Shown: positions 37,587 through 47,736 of the stretch, piece by piece
Position numbering within the stretch: the stretch's first letter is position 1
How the letters are laid out: each line of letters begins with the position of its first letter
Translations under genes and position numbers: made by a program
Notes under the pieces: generated by a model
What the model was told of the DNA's origin: nothing
Database searches by the model: none
The model's input: only the letters and a program-made list of their open reading frames with translations
Source of the DNA: Candidatus Latescibacterota bacterium
GTDB taxonomy: Bacteria > Latescibacterota > UBA2968 > UBA8231
NCBI GenBank assembly: GCA_965200315.1
Contig: OZ241362.1
Location: 832,001-896,000 of the forward strand
Reading direction: 5' to 3'
DNA length: 64,000 nucleotides

Positions 37587-39586
37587 TTTTCGACGATCAC
37601 CAAGCTCGGCTGATCAAGCACTATCGCTGACAGCCGCTCAGCCTCTATCTCTTCTACGGTCCCGTCGCCTAGGCGATAAAGCCGCGCCAATCCCGCAATC
37701 TCCCAAGCGGCTGGAGCTACCGCTCCTACGACCGCTGGCAACAGCAGGGCCAACGTGCGGGTCGGTCCCCGGAGCAGCCGCGCTGTCGCACCATCGCTTT
37801 CCATGCTGGTGGCCTCGGCAAAGGGCACGCGGAAGCGCTGTAGCAGTGCATTGAGGCAGCACAGGACGCCAAAGACGGGCCGGGGGTTGCACAGGGGGTC
37901 CAAAAGCCCCTGCCCCACATCCATGGTGCGGTCCAGATCGATAAAAGGCTCGACAAAAAGCCGCGCCCGCGGCAGCAGCGCCGTTGCAAAGAGCGCCTCC
38001 GCGGCCCGGACGGCATCGTCTTGGTCGCTTTGTCCCGGCAGTCCAAATAGTAAATCCAGCCGCCCCATCGTGGTCAGGGCACTTACCTCGCGCCAAGCCA
38101 AGGCATCTTCCCAAGGCGCCGTTGCATCCAGTCGGCACAGGGCCGCTTCTATCCACGTATCCGCGTTTTGCAACTGACGGTCGAGTTGGGGCACTTCGTC
38201 GGGTCGGTAGCCGACTCGGGTGCGGGGGTGTTGTTTGCCGGTTATCTGCTGGCCGGGGATTACCGGAGCCAAAGACAGCCGCAAATTGCGGTGGTAGCTC
38301 TTGAACAAATACAGACACGCCGAAGACGGCCAAGGCTCGCCCGGAGTCTGGATTTCCCAAGTGTCCACGTGGTCGCGGTGGCTTTCTAGAATGGACTCAT
38401 AAGGAGTGTCCTCGCAGTGGAGAATGGTCGCTTGCACTTGGATACCTTGGCTGCGCAAAAAGCGCAGGCGGTCGCCGGACTGGTCCAAATCGGTCCAAGG
38501 GCAGCGCAGAGCCTGTGCGCCCAACTCCAGACAGGCCAGCAGGGGATAGTCGTTGCGCACTCGCTGGCGCACCACCGAGGGAAAGGTTATGGGGACTTGC
38601 GTTTCCCAACTTAGTGGGTGGGTCGCAGTCAGTGCCAATGGGGCTCCGCCGAGGTCGGCGGTTGCCGGGGTGAGCAACCGCCGCGGACCCGGCCCCCAAT
38701 TTTGTGCTCCGGCCGTGCGGATCAGGTGGATGTCGAGTCGGTTGTGGCGCAGACGGCATAGGAAAAAACCCAACTTGGGTTGGTCGTTGCGGCCCTGCTC
38801 GGGCGGCGGTGCGCTGCTAAACAAGTGGCTAAGACCGGGCCGAGCAAAAGAAGTGGAGGGGACGGTGCGATAGTCCAAGGCTCCCGCCTGTTCGCAAAAG
38901 GCAAAATGCACGTGGGCCGCAAAGAGCCAATCCACTTGGTGGGCGGCTAACAATTTTAGCAGCCACGTGCGGGCTGGTTCGCCGATGTTGTCGTAGTGGC
39001 CCAGATGCGGCTCGGCGGGGTTGTGCAAGTAGGGGGGCAAGTGCAAAAATACCGCGATGCGCATCTGGGTGCGTGCGGCCAAATCGGCTTCCAACCAAGT
39101 CCTTTGCTCTGCCTCTGCCGGCAGGCCAGTGTTCAGAATCTGGCTGTTGAGCACCACCAAGTGCAGGTCTTGATAGTCGAAGCTGTACCAAGACGGGCCA
39201 AAGCGCCGGTGGTATGCGTCCAACCCCTCGGCCGTGACTGGATGGGTGGGCATGGTGGGATCGGGTTTGTCGCCCACGTCGTGGTTGCCGGCCACCCAGC
39301 GCGGCTGCACGCCGCAGGTGGCCATCTGCGCCAGGGCTTGGTCTAAAGCCGGGACAAAGCCCACGCTTCCGGGGTATTCCTGTATCACGTCGCCCATGTG
39401 CACGACGAAATCCGGCTCCAAGGCTGCCACCCAGCGCAAGGCCGCGCCCGCCCGCTGGCTCTGTTGGGCGCGAGAGGGGAATTCGCTCATACCGACGCCC
39501 CCTTCCAGCGCATAGTGGGTATCGGCGATGACGACGAATTCGCCTAGGGCCTCGGGCAACAGGGTGCGGTCGAATAGGATAGGCAT
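37583..39586 (-). CDS. Calcineurin-like metallophosphoesterase with large C-terminal domain of unknown function
   Basis: ADTH, GD, GNHD, H.P and AHVH motifs in the N-terminal ~270 aa; about 390 further aa unassigned. Confidence 0.82.
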   Translation of the reverse strand: MPILFDRTLLPEALGEFVVIADTHYALEGGVGMSEFPSRAQQSQRAGAALRWVAALEPDFVVHMGDVIQEYPGSVGFVPALDQALAQMATCGVQPRWVAGNHDVGDKPDPTMPTHPVTAEGLDAYHRRFGPSWYSFDYQDLHLVVLNSQILNTGLPAEAEQRTWLEADLAARTQMRIAVFLHLPPYLHNPAEPHLGHYDNIGEPARTWLLKLLAAHQVDWLFAAHVHFAFCEQAGALDYRTVPSTSFARPGLSHLFSSAPPPEQGRNDQPKLGFFLCRLRHNRLDIHLIRTAGAQNWGPGPRRLLTPATADLGGAPLALTATHPLSWETQVPITFPSVVRQRVRNDYPLLACLELGAQALRCPWTDLDQSGDRLRFLRSQGIQVQATILHCEDTPYESILESHRDHVDTWEIQTPGEPWPSSACLYLFKSYHRNLRLSLAPVIPGQQITGKQHPRTRVGYRPDEVPQLDRQLQNADTWIEAALCRLDATAPWEDALAWREVSALTTMGRLDLLFGLPGQSDQDDAVRAAEALFATALLPRARLFVEPFIDLDRTMDVGQGLLDPLCNPRPVFGVLCCLNALLQRFRVPFAEATSMESDGATARLLRGPTRTLALLLPAVVGAVAPAAWEIAGLARLYRLGDGTVEEIEAERLSAIVLDQPSLVIVEN

Positions 39587-39590
39587 CGCG

Positions 39591-41336
39591 TTATCCAACC
39601 GGGCGCAAATTGAGCAACACTAACAGCCAAGACCGCGCCCAGTACGAAGTGTTCATATAGGGATTCTCCGCTGAAGGCCACCCCGTCCAGTACGTCTCGT
39701 TGACTGGGATTCGGTGCGGCCACTGCACGAGCGGAATCGCCGGCAATTCTGCAAGCCAGATCGCTATTGCCTGTCGGTAAATCGCCATCATCTCGGGCGC
39801 ATCGTTGGGCGTCTGCGCCATGCGGTCGACTAGCGAGTCGAAGTCGGCATTCTGCCAGCGCCAATAGTGTTCGGCGGTCTCACCCGTCGGCCTAGCGAAG
39901 CGGCTGTGGTAGTGGCTCAGCACTTGGTAGGGATCGCGCATGGAGCTCAAGTTGCCAAACATAAAAGCGCGTGCCTCGCCCTGAGCCATCCGCGAAATGT
40001 AGTCCGCAGTCATGCGGAACGAGGCGTCGAAACCCGCCGCTTGGAGCTGGGCGACCAAAACCGGCGTCAGGTCTTGGAAATGTGCGAAGATGTCTATGAC
40101 GAGCGAAAACACCTCGCCGTCCTTCGTCCAGAAGCCATCCGGCCCTCGCACCCACCCCTTGCGCGACAGGATCGCCGCCGTGAGCGCGCTGTCGTGGACG
40201 CCGATCTCGTATTGGGCGACTAGATCCGCGGCCGCCGCGAAGTAGGGCTGCATCTGCGGCACGTCTGGCAGTGGCAACAGCGCGTAGTCGCCCGAGTTCT
40301 GCCAGCCGATTTCAACCAGTTGTTCGCGGTTGATGGCGAAGTTGATCGCCCGCCGGATCTCGGGATCGTCGAAAGGGGGCTCCATATTGTTAAAACCCAA
40401 GGTGATCGCCCACGGCGTCATGTAGCTATAGGGAGGATCCCGCCCGGTCCAAGTACTCATTTTGTCGTGTTGTTCGAGTAAGGTGATGATATTGGACGGT
40501 CGAAGTTCCAAACACGTGTCGAGCTTGTTGGCCAGCAGGTTCTGCACCCGCTGATGCTCTTCCATGTAGGGCAAAAATATCAAGCGCTCGACCTGCGGCG
40601 GCGCGTGGAAGCCGGTCTTGGCCGCCCACCAGTCCGGGCGCAGATCCCAAATCCGCTGCGCCGGCTCCGACAGCGCCATGCGATACGGCCCCGTGACCAC
40701 CGGCCAACCGCTGGCCAGATCGTAATTGGCAAAGCGCAAGGGATCTTGCCCCTCCCAGATGTGTTTGGGGACGATCGGCACTCCGTTGCCGTGGTTGTGG
40801 GTGAAATAACTGAACAGAAAGCGCGGATTAGGCGATTTGAGGACGATTTTCGCCGTCAGGCTGTCGAGCGCCACGGCCTCTTGGACCCAAGTCGCCATAT
40901 CGGTTGAGAACACCAGATTCGGCGCGTGCTCTTTGAGCATATTGACCGTAAAGACAAAGTCGTGCGCCGTCCACGGCTGACCGTCGCTCCACGCCACGCC
41001 CGGGCGAATATCCACCACGACTTCTGTGTGGTCCGCGTTGAACCGGTGTCCAGTGGCGATCCAAGGCAGCGGTTCGGCGTCGATCTGGTAGCCATTGAAG
41101 AAGTAGAGCGGCTCGTAGAGGAACTGATAGCCGATCCGCGAGACCCCGCCCGGCACGAAGGGGTTGAAGGTGTTGTAGTCTTGGATCTGGCCTCCGCAGG
41201 TGTTGTTCTCGGCGCAATCGACGATCAGCGTGCGGTTGCGCGGTACTTGCTGCAAGCCGTCTGTAGCCTGTTCGCTGGTACAGGCGACCAAGACTAGGCC
41301 GCCGAGAAGCGCCCAATGCCTAGCGCGTTTTCCCAT
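39591..41336 (-). CDS. ABC transporter substrate-binding lipoprotein, family 5 (peptide/oligosaccharide)
   Basis: Lipobox LVAC, YEPL, PW.AT, R.GV.WSDG.P.TA.D..FT, TGPY, PFDDP..RRA...AINR motifs. Confidence 0.9.
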   Translation of the reverse strand: MGKRARHWALLGGLVLVACTSEQATDGLQQVPRNRTLIVDCAENNTCGGQIQDYNTFNPFVPGGVSRIGYQFLYEPLYFFNGYQIDAEPLPWIATGHRFNADHTEVVVDIRPGVAWSDGQPWTAHDFVFTVNMLKEHAPNLVFSTDMATWVQEAVALDSLTAKIVLKSPNPRFLFSYFTHNHGNGVPIVPKHIWEGQDPLRFANYDLASGWPVVTGPYRMALSEPAQRIWDLRPDWWAAKTGFHAPPQVERLIFLPYMEEHQRVQNLLANKLDTCLELRPSNIITLLEQHDKMSTWTGRDPPYSYMTPWAITLGFNNMEPPFDDPEIRRAINFAINREQLVEIGWQNSGDYALLPLPDVPQMQPYFAAAADLVAQYEIGVHDSALTAAILSRKGWVRGPDGFWTKDGEVFSLVIDIFAHFQDLTPVLVAQLQAAGFDASFRMTADYISRMAQGEARAFMFGNLSSMRDPYQVLSHYHSRFARPTGETAEHYWRWQNADFDSLVDRMAQTPNDAPEMMAIYRQAIAIWLAELPAIPLVQWPHRIPVNETYWTGWPSAENPYMNTSYWARSWLLVLLNLRPVG

Positions 41337-41477
41337 ATTCGCCGTGCTTTCCTCGGTTTCACGCAATGGGAGGTAACATAACGCTCGGAGTTCTCCGCTG
41401 TCCATACCTTGAGCGAGCGGGCCGCGTGCGCTAATATGGAAGGGGTCCTGCCCACCCTCACGCCCCGAGGCAACGCC

Positions 41478-41924
41478 ATGAACCCCTTACTCCCCTTCGC
41501 CTTATTAGCGCTCGCCGCCTGCTCTGACCCCTGCGCCGAGTCCATCGACCAAGCCTTTCTCGACCGCGAGGCCGCCAAAGAAGGGGCCGTCCGCACCGAA
41601 TCCGGCCTCATCTATCAGGAGCTAAAGGGAGGTTACGGCCCCCAGCCCGGGCCTAAAGCCCGCGTCACCGTTCACTACAAGGGCATGTTTGCCGACGGCA
41701 AGGTCTTCGACAGCTCGTACGAACGGGGCCGTCCCAGCACACTGTCGCTCAAAAGGGTTATCCCCGGCTGGACTGAGGGCTTGCAGATGATGAAGGGCGG
41801 CGGCAAGGCGCGGCTGGTGATCCCGCCGGAGTTGGCCTACGGCAAAAAGGGCAAGCCCGGCAGCATCCCCTCGTGCGCGACCTTAATTTTTGAAATCGAG
41901 TTATACGAGATAAAAGGGAGTTAA
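41478..41924 (+). CDS. FKBP-type peptidyl-prolyl cis-trans isomerase (lipoprotein)
   Basis: Lipobox LAAC, TESGL.Y, VTVHY.G...DG.VFDSS, VIPGWTEGL, IPPELAYG, TLIFEIEL. Confidence 0.93.
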   Translation: MNPLLPFALLALAACSDPCAESIDQAFLDREAAKEGAVRTESGLIYQELKGGYGPQPGPKARVTVHYKGMFADGKVFDSSYERGRPSTLSLKRVIPGWTEGLQMMKGGGKARLVIPPELAYGKKGKPGSIPSCATLIFEIELYEIKGS

Positions 41925-41928
41925 ATCC

Positions 41929-42792
41929 ATGAGCAAGCTACCGCGCCGCAACATGGGGCGCACGGGCATGCAGCCCCGGGCACTCGGCATGGGTGCCGCC
42001 TTTGTCGGTGCATCCGGCGAGGACGAGACCATCGCCACCATCGAACGCGCGCTCGATTTAGGCATCGACTATTTCGACAGCTATGCTGGCCGCAACGAGG
42101 ACCGCTGGGGCCAGGCGCTAGCCGGTGTCGAGCGATCGAGCTATTACATGCAGGCCAAGGTCGGCCCGCACCCAGCGCACCCCAAGGACTTTTCTGCGGC
42201 GGCCACGCGCTGGAGCGTCGAACAAAGCCTGCAATCGATTCGCGTCGAGTACCTCGACGCTGTGTTAGTTCACGACCCACCCGATATTGCCGATCCGTTA
42301 GGCCCCGGTCGCGCCTTCGACGAGTTGCAGAAAATGAAGGAGGAGGGCTTGGTGCGCCACATTGGTTTGGGGGTCCGCGATCACGACTTCCACCGCGCCG
42401 CCATCGAGGCCGGCCACGCCGAGATCGTCCTCACGTTCCTCGACTACACGCTCCTCGACCAATCCGTCGCCCGCACCACCATGCGCTTGGCCAAAAAGCA
42501 CGGTACGGGCCTGATTTTGGCCAGCGTCTTCGGCATGGGCCGCTTGACCGGCATCGAGCCGAATCGGGCCGCTGAGCCGCGTGCTCACGCCATGTGGGAA
42601 TGGTGCCAAGAGCAGGACGTGGACATCAAGCACTTGGCCATGCAGTTCTGCCTCGACGCGCCCATCGACGGCATCGTCATGAGCGGCCCAGCCGACCGCC
42701 ACCAGCTCCAAGACGCGTACGACGCGGCGACTCAGGAGGTGCCTGCTGATATTTGGGCGGCGTTTGAGGAACGGTTTGGGGTTGGGATTTAG
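41929..42792 (+). CDS. Aldo/keto reductase family protein
   Basis: R.MG.TG, LG.G, GI.YFD, S.E.SL....EYLD...HDP, K.EG.VR.IG motifs. Confidence 0.88.
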   Translation: MSKLPRRNMGRTGMQPRALGMGAAFVGASGEDETIATIERALDLGIDYFDSYAGRNEDRWGQALAGVERSSYYMQAKVGPHPAHPKDFSAAATRWSVEQSLQSIRVEYLDAVLVHDPPDIADPLGPGRAFDELQKMKEEGLVRHIGLGVRDHDFHRAAIEAGHAEIVLTFLDYTLLDQSVARTTMRLAKKHGTGLILASVFGMGRLTGIEPNRAAEPRAHAMWEWCQEQDVDIKHLAMQFCLDAPIDGIVMSGPADRHQLQDAYDAATQEVPADIWAAFEERFGVGI

Positions 42793-42815
42793 GAGTTGGG
42801 TTTGGTGGAGTAGAA

Positions 42816-43562
42816 ATGGATTCATCTTTACCTGAATGGCGCAGTTACTTCGCAACTGTCGCGGATTCGTATGATCGTCTCCAGCCCGTCTTAAGTCCAC
42901 CTTACAGCAAGGGTTTGGACATGATTGTGAATCTGATTCCCTTCGATGCCAATGAGGCATTCGAGTTTGTGGACCTCGGTTGTGGCACGGCCGAGCCGAC
43001 TGTGCGCGTGTTGGCACACTTCCGCCACGCCACTGGCACCTGTCTCGACAGCGAACCGGAGATGCTTGCGCTCGCTAGGCGGAAGTTGGTGTCGTATTCA
43101 GATCGGATCGAGGTGCGGGAAGCGGACATAACTAGTTGCGATATCCAGCCGTGTGATTTGGTGGTCTCGGCCAAGACCATTCACCACGTTCCTCCGGCTG
43201 ATTTGCCTGAACTTTTTGTCCGCATCACAGGCGCGCTCCGGCCGGGTGGTTGCTTTGTCCTGTACGACGCGATGTCAGTTGGGCCTCGCTGGGGAGCAAG
43301 TGTTCGGCAGCAGGCGGCGCGCTTCCGCCAGCACCATCTTCGAGACGCCGTTGCTTCAGGGGTAGCTACTCAGCAAGCGATTGACGCTAGGGTGGAATAC
43401 AAGCGAGCGATGAAGGCCGCTGGGCGGGATATTGAGTACGAACACAGCGCAGAGAACATGATCGACTCCATGACCGAGGCCGGGTTTGCTGAAGTGGCTA
43501 TCGTCTGGCGCATGTTTGCCGACGCGATTCTGCTGGCGTTCACACCGGACAAGGATGTCTGA
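42816..43562 (+). CDS. Class I SAM-dependent methyltransferase
   Basis: VDLGCGT, D..PEML..AR, DLVVS...IHH, LRPGG motifs. Confidence 0.88.
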   Translation: MDSSLPEWRSYFATVADSYDRLQPVLSPPYSKGLDMIVNLIPFDANEAFEFVDLGCGTAEPTVRVLAHFRHATGTCLDSEPEMLALARRKLVSYSDRIEVREADITSCDIQPCDLVVSAKTIHHVPPADLPELFVRITGALRPGGCFVLYDAMSVGPRWGASVRQQAARFRQHHLRDAVASGVATQQAIDARVEYKRAMKAAGRDIEYEHSAENMIDSMTEAGFAEVAIVWRMFADAILLAFTPDKDV

Positions 43563-44162
43563 ATGAGTACATGGCGTGAATTGACGTTCTCGAACAACTC
43601 CTCAAAGGACTCGGTACTAGTTATCGAAGATGATCGGGCGAACGTACTCGCCGATCCGCTTCGTTGGCGCATCTTAAAAATTCTTGGAGCAGGGAAATCG
43701 GTCGCGGAAATTTCGCAGACGTTGGGCGTTACCGATGCTCGGGTGCTGTACCACTTGCAACGGCTGGCGCAAACAGGTGTCGTGCATTTGGAGGAATACG
43801 GAGCAACCCCCGAGGAATGGCGTTGTTTGCCAGCGGCAAGCAAAGTCCGCGTTCGAGAGACCCATTCGGCGCAAGACCAGATTGCGGAGGCCATGCCAAC
43901 GGACGTTGTTAGCCAGTTTAATCAAGCATCTCGCGAAGCTGCCGAGGGCTTATACGGTTCGACGTTCCAGATGTCAGTCAATCATAACCGCGCGCGACTT
44001 TCTCAAGAACAGGCCGCCGAATTTGGCCGCCGATTGCTGGCGCTTATAGAAGAGTACTTTCCGCCGGGGAAAGGGGATCGACAGGGCATCAAATACGGTT
44101 TCTATGGCATTCTCACTCCAATTGACCTGCATCCGCTTGAGGACTCTGAAACCGAGGAGTGA
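43563..44162 (+). CDS. ArsR/HTH_20-like winged-helix protein
   Basis: LADPLR.RIL..L...SV.EI...LG.....V.YHL..L...G.V motif. Confidence 0.8.
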   Translation: MSTWRELTFSNNSSKDSVLVIEDDRANVLADPLRWRILKILGAGKSVAEISQTLGVTDARVLYHLQRLAQTGVVHLEEYGATPEEWRCLPAASKVRVRETHSAQDQIAEAMPTDVVSQFNQASREAAEGLYGSTFQMSVNHNRARLSQEQAAEFGRRLLALIEEYFPPGKGDRQGIKYGFYGILTPIDLHPLEDSETEE

Positions 44163-44269
44163 AGATAGGATATCTATAGGCTTGGCCTTCCTCGATTATA
44201 CAACTGGCGGGTCCAAATGATATATTAGGACGAAACGGCAATCTACAAGCTGTTAGGAGGCTCGCGATA

Positions 44270-44372
44270 ATGCCTACGACGTGGAAAGACTACATTGAGA
44301 GCAGTTCGTACGTCGTACGTGCTACGCGGGAAACCGCCTAGCAAGAATACCCGAATCCCTGTGGCTCTGGTG
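44270..44372 (+). pseudogene. DUF433 (antitoxin) N-terminal remnant
   Basis: AGGAGG RBS, then MPTTWKDYIESSSY-(7-bp duplication TCGTACG)-VLRGKP..KNTRIPVALV, then abrupt junction to HAD sequence. Confidence 0.65.
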
Positions 44373-44766
44373 CGTTCCGTTTCCGAAGACACATCAGACG
44401 CTTACCACACTCAGACAACAGGGATTAAAGATGGGGCTTGTCACGAACGGGGCCGTTGATTCACAGCAGCCGAAAATTGATGGTTTGGGGATCGCTCGCT
44501 ATTTCGACACCATATTGATCTCGGAAGCCGAAGGAGTCGCCAAACCGGATGCGGAAATTTTCCGTCGGGCGACCGACAACTTAGGCGTCTCGCCAGATCA
44601 AGCTGTCATGATTGGCGACAATCCAGAGGCCGACATTCGGGGTGCCAAGTCCTTTGGGATGAAAGCGATTTGGAAACGAGATGAGTACTGGGAGGCACCT
44701 GAGATTGTGGATGCGGTGATTGACGATCTCGACGAGTTGCCGAGCACAATCCGCAACCTCGCGTGA
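44371..44766 (+). pseudogene. HAD-family hydrolase, C-terminal half only
   Basis: CVPFP....L..LR..G.K.GLVTNG...Q..KI, SE..G..KPD..IF, IGDNP..DI.GA. N-terminal DxD motif I is absent. Confidence 0.75.
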
Positions 44767-44975
44767 GCTCATACTTAATTCGTATTTTGGTATAGCAAAA
44801 CAAAGCCCACTTTTGCGGATGCACTCGCTTGGTTCCGCAAACACATCTGGCAACATTCTTCAACGTCAACTCCACGCCCAGACAGGCAAAAACCAACAGC
44901 GGGAATCGTCGAACGCCTTAGCCATATCGTTTGCTATGCTACATGAATGGATAAAGTCGAGTTTAGGGAGGAGCT

Positions 44976-45764
44976 ATGATCAGTGCCGAACAATTAAGGG
45001 TCTTTGAGGAGCGGGGTGCTGTCACCATCGACACGCCTTTGACGCCCGAAGAAATCGCCACGGCCGCGGTGGCCATCGACGTACTGCTGCCTTTTCAAGC
45101 AGCCGCACCGGACCAAGCACCGCGTTTTCGCTACGGAGCGACCTGCAATTACTACGAGCCGGCCCTACTGGACCTGATCCAGCATCCCTTCTTTGAAGCA
45201 GTCGCCAAACGAGTGCTGCGAGCCGATGCGATCCGCTTCTTCCAGACGGCGATTGTGGCCTCTTATCCCCAGCCGGGAAGCGAGTTCAGCTACGATCAGC
45301 ACACCGATATCCAGTACAACTTGGAGGATTGGGCCGCGACGCCCCGGCGAGTCGTATGCAGTTTTTTTCTGTGGTTGACCAATGTCAATGAACGGCGGGC
45401 CCCGATGATGTACCGGCCCGGCAGCCACCGCCTAGTAGCCGCCGTGCGTTCGGCCGATCCGCTGCTGCAAGACGCAATGCCGGGGGTCCAAGGCATCAAA
45501 ATGGTGAACCTGCCGCCCGAATACGCTGCGCCGCAACCGGTTTTGGCGCGAGCAGGACAGGTGACCGTGCTGACAACGTCCATGGTCCACGGTGGATCCA
45601 CCAATATAGACGACGAGCCGCGCAAGGTGTTGGTTATGACCTATACGGCGGCGGGAGTCTCGATCGGCCTACCCGAAAATCAGGCGGCGACCAAGCGAGA
45701 ATACGACTCTAAACTAAGAGAGCTTCTGAGGTCCGAACGGACACACTTAGTGGCTGAGGACTAG
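44976..45764 (+). CDS. Phytanoyl-CoA dioxygenase (PhyH)-family protein
   Basis: F.E.G, HTD (HxD), PGSH, AG......HG...N....R motifs. Confidence 0.85.
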   Translation: MISAEQLRVFEERGAVTIDTPLTPEEIATAAVAIDVLLPFQAAAPDQAPRFRYGATCNYYEPALLDLIQHPFFEAVAKRVLRADAIRFFQTAIVASYPQPGSEFSYDQHTDIQYNLEDWAATPRRVVCSFFLWLTNVNERRAPMMYRPGSHRLVAAVRSADPLLQDAMPGVQGIKMVNLPPEYAAPQPVLARAGQVTVLTTSMVHGGSTNIDDEPRKVLVMTYTAAGVSIGLPENQAATKREYDSKLRELLRSERTHLVAED

Positions 45765-45773
45765 CAGTGCATA

Positions 45774-46667
45774 TTAGCCGCGATCTCGCCGTCGGGCTTG
45801 GAATCGCTCGGCATACACCATGCCGAGCACACCGGCCAAGATCAAAACCCCACCACCTGTTAGGCTCCAAGTCACTGGCTCCCCCAAGACCCAGTGAGCC
45901 AGCGCGATCTGCCCGATGGGTGCCGTAGCGGTCAACGTGCCAACCAGCACGGCACTCAACCGTTTCATGCCCTCCGAGACCAAAACAAACGCACAGCCAG
46001 TGGCCAACACGCCCAGAATGAGCATCACAATCCACGTGGTCGCCGTCGGCTCCGAGCGCAGTTGAAAATGGGTCGCGGCGAGTGCGCCGGTGACCACCAC
46101 ACCCATCGCCATCATTGGGGCCAGTATCGCTGCGGTCCCCACTCGCTGTGCAAGTGCCTTGTTGGCGAGCGCGTAGATCCCCCAGCCCAGCCCAGCCAAC
46201 AGCATCAGCACATTGCCCAAAACATAGCGCGGTGCGAACAGGTGGCTCATATCCTCGCGCACCCCCACGATCACCGCGACTCCAGCCAGTACCAGCGCCA
46301 TACCTACCATTTTCCCTGCACCCAACCGCTCGCGCAGCACGGCGACGGCTAGCACCGTCAGCGCGACGTATTGCACTTGGACGACCAACGAGCCAGCGCT
46401 GGCCGTGGTATAACTCAGCGACCGCGCATAGAGCGAGAAGTTCAGGCTCATGCCCAGCCCCCCGATCAGATGCCACCAAGACCATTGAATGTCCCGCAGG
46501 TTATGGCCGCGTGCGAAAAAGGCGGCCGACACGACCGCCGTACCTTGTAGCAACCGGAGAAAGGCGATAGTGAACGGATCAAAAACGAAAAATAGCAATT
46601 TCACCAGCACCGGGATGACGCTCCATAACGCGAACACCCCCAGCATACACAGTATCCCGATCCCCAT
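45774..46667 (-). CDS. DMT/EamA-family transporter
   Basis: About 10 TM helices, P...AF.R, L.ERL, GN.L.L.A...W..Y, LGE.......GG.LI..G motifs. Confidence 0.9.
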   Translation of the reverse strand: MGIGILCMLGVFALWSVIPVLVKLLFFVFDPFTIAFLRLLQGTAVVSAAFFARGHNLRDIQWSWWHLIGGLGMSLNFSLYARSLSYTTASAGSLVVQVQYVALTVLAVAVLRERLGAGKMVGMALVLAGVAVIVGVREDMSHLFAPRYVLGNVLMLLAGLGWGIYALANKALAQRVGTAAILAPMMAMGVVVTGALAATHFQLRSEPTATTWIVMLILGVLATGCAFVLVSEGMKRLSAVLVGTLTATAPIGQIALAHWVLGEPVTWSLTGGGVLILAGVLGMVYAERFQARRRDRG

Positions 46668-46975
46668 CCTGCCGATCCCTCTCCTCTAGGTAGGGTGTAG
46701 TCCTCGCCATTGACGCCTCGGATCGCTGAAATCTTGGGCGATGACAAATAAACCTAACTTGTGGCTGCACTGCAATTTAGATCACTGTCGTTTACTTAGG
46801 ATGGCACTTTTCCTCAGCATCACTGGCTAGGCGCTCGAGCATATATCCCAGCCAGTACTTCAGGTCCTCATCAAGACGTTAGGCAACGACGGCAGTTCTT
46901 GACCGAGTGCAGACGGTACGATACCTTGGGCATAAAAGGATTCTTGGACGACTAATCTAAAACGATTTACTGAAT

Positions 46976-47686
46976 GTGAACACGAATTCAGAGGATTTGG
47001 TAGCGAATCACTTGCCTATAATTTGGAGGTCTGGAATCAAGCATGATGCAGCCAAGGTCATGGCGTTTACTCGCGAGGGTGGATTGTACCGGAATGGATT
47101 GGGTGAGATGGCCGAAATAGAAGATCGTTATCTTTATCCATTATTAAAATCGTCTGATCTTGGTAACGGTCGAATCGTGCCGCGTAAGGCTGTTTTAGTC
47201 ACGCAGAAATATATAGGCGATGACACATCGATAATCGAGAACGAGGCTCCTAAGACATGGCAGTATCTGATCGACCATGCGGCGACTCTCGACGATCGAA
47301 AAAGATCGATCTCTTCATGGAAAGTCGCGACTTCGGGCTTATATAAGTCTTGCTCGTTTTCAGTTGTCCCACCATTGGCGAATCGTCCGGTTATGGTGGA
47401 CGGTACTTGTTACTCAATTCCATGTAACACAGAGGCTGAAGCGCGTTTGCTTCGCGACTCACTCTCATCCGAACCTGCACTTGCATTTCTTCGATCTTTA
47501 GTATTCGCAGATGCGAAGCGACCGATCACTATTGATATATTGCGACGTATCTCATTTGTCGCTATAGCACAACAACTTGGCAGGCTGGAAGAATTGGGAC
47601 AATTCATCCACTCAGCAGAACCAAACTTCGAGACAGAACAACAAATGGCGTTGCTCATGGAACCAAGGTTAAGCTACCCTATCTGA
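46976..47686 (+). pseudogene. C-terminal remnant of an N6-adenine DNA methyltransferase (R-M modification enzyme)
   Basis: WRSGIKHD..KVM, YPLLKSSD, Q...G.DT..I...AP.TW.YL, WKVA.SGLYK, KRPIT...L.R typical of this MTase family. SAM-binding and catalytic motifs absent; lower GC. Confidence 0.65.
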
Positions 47687-47736
47687 GATTATCCTAAACA
47701 AGAAATTGTTTAGATTAATCATCCGCTCGCCGCCTC

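Noticed and set aside
42816-47730. Prophage, IS or integrative element explaining the variable patch
   Set aside because: No integrase, transposase or phage genes, terminal inverted repeats or target-site duplications were recognised.
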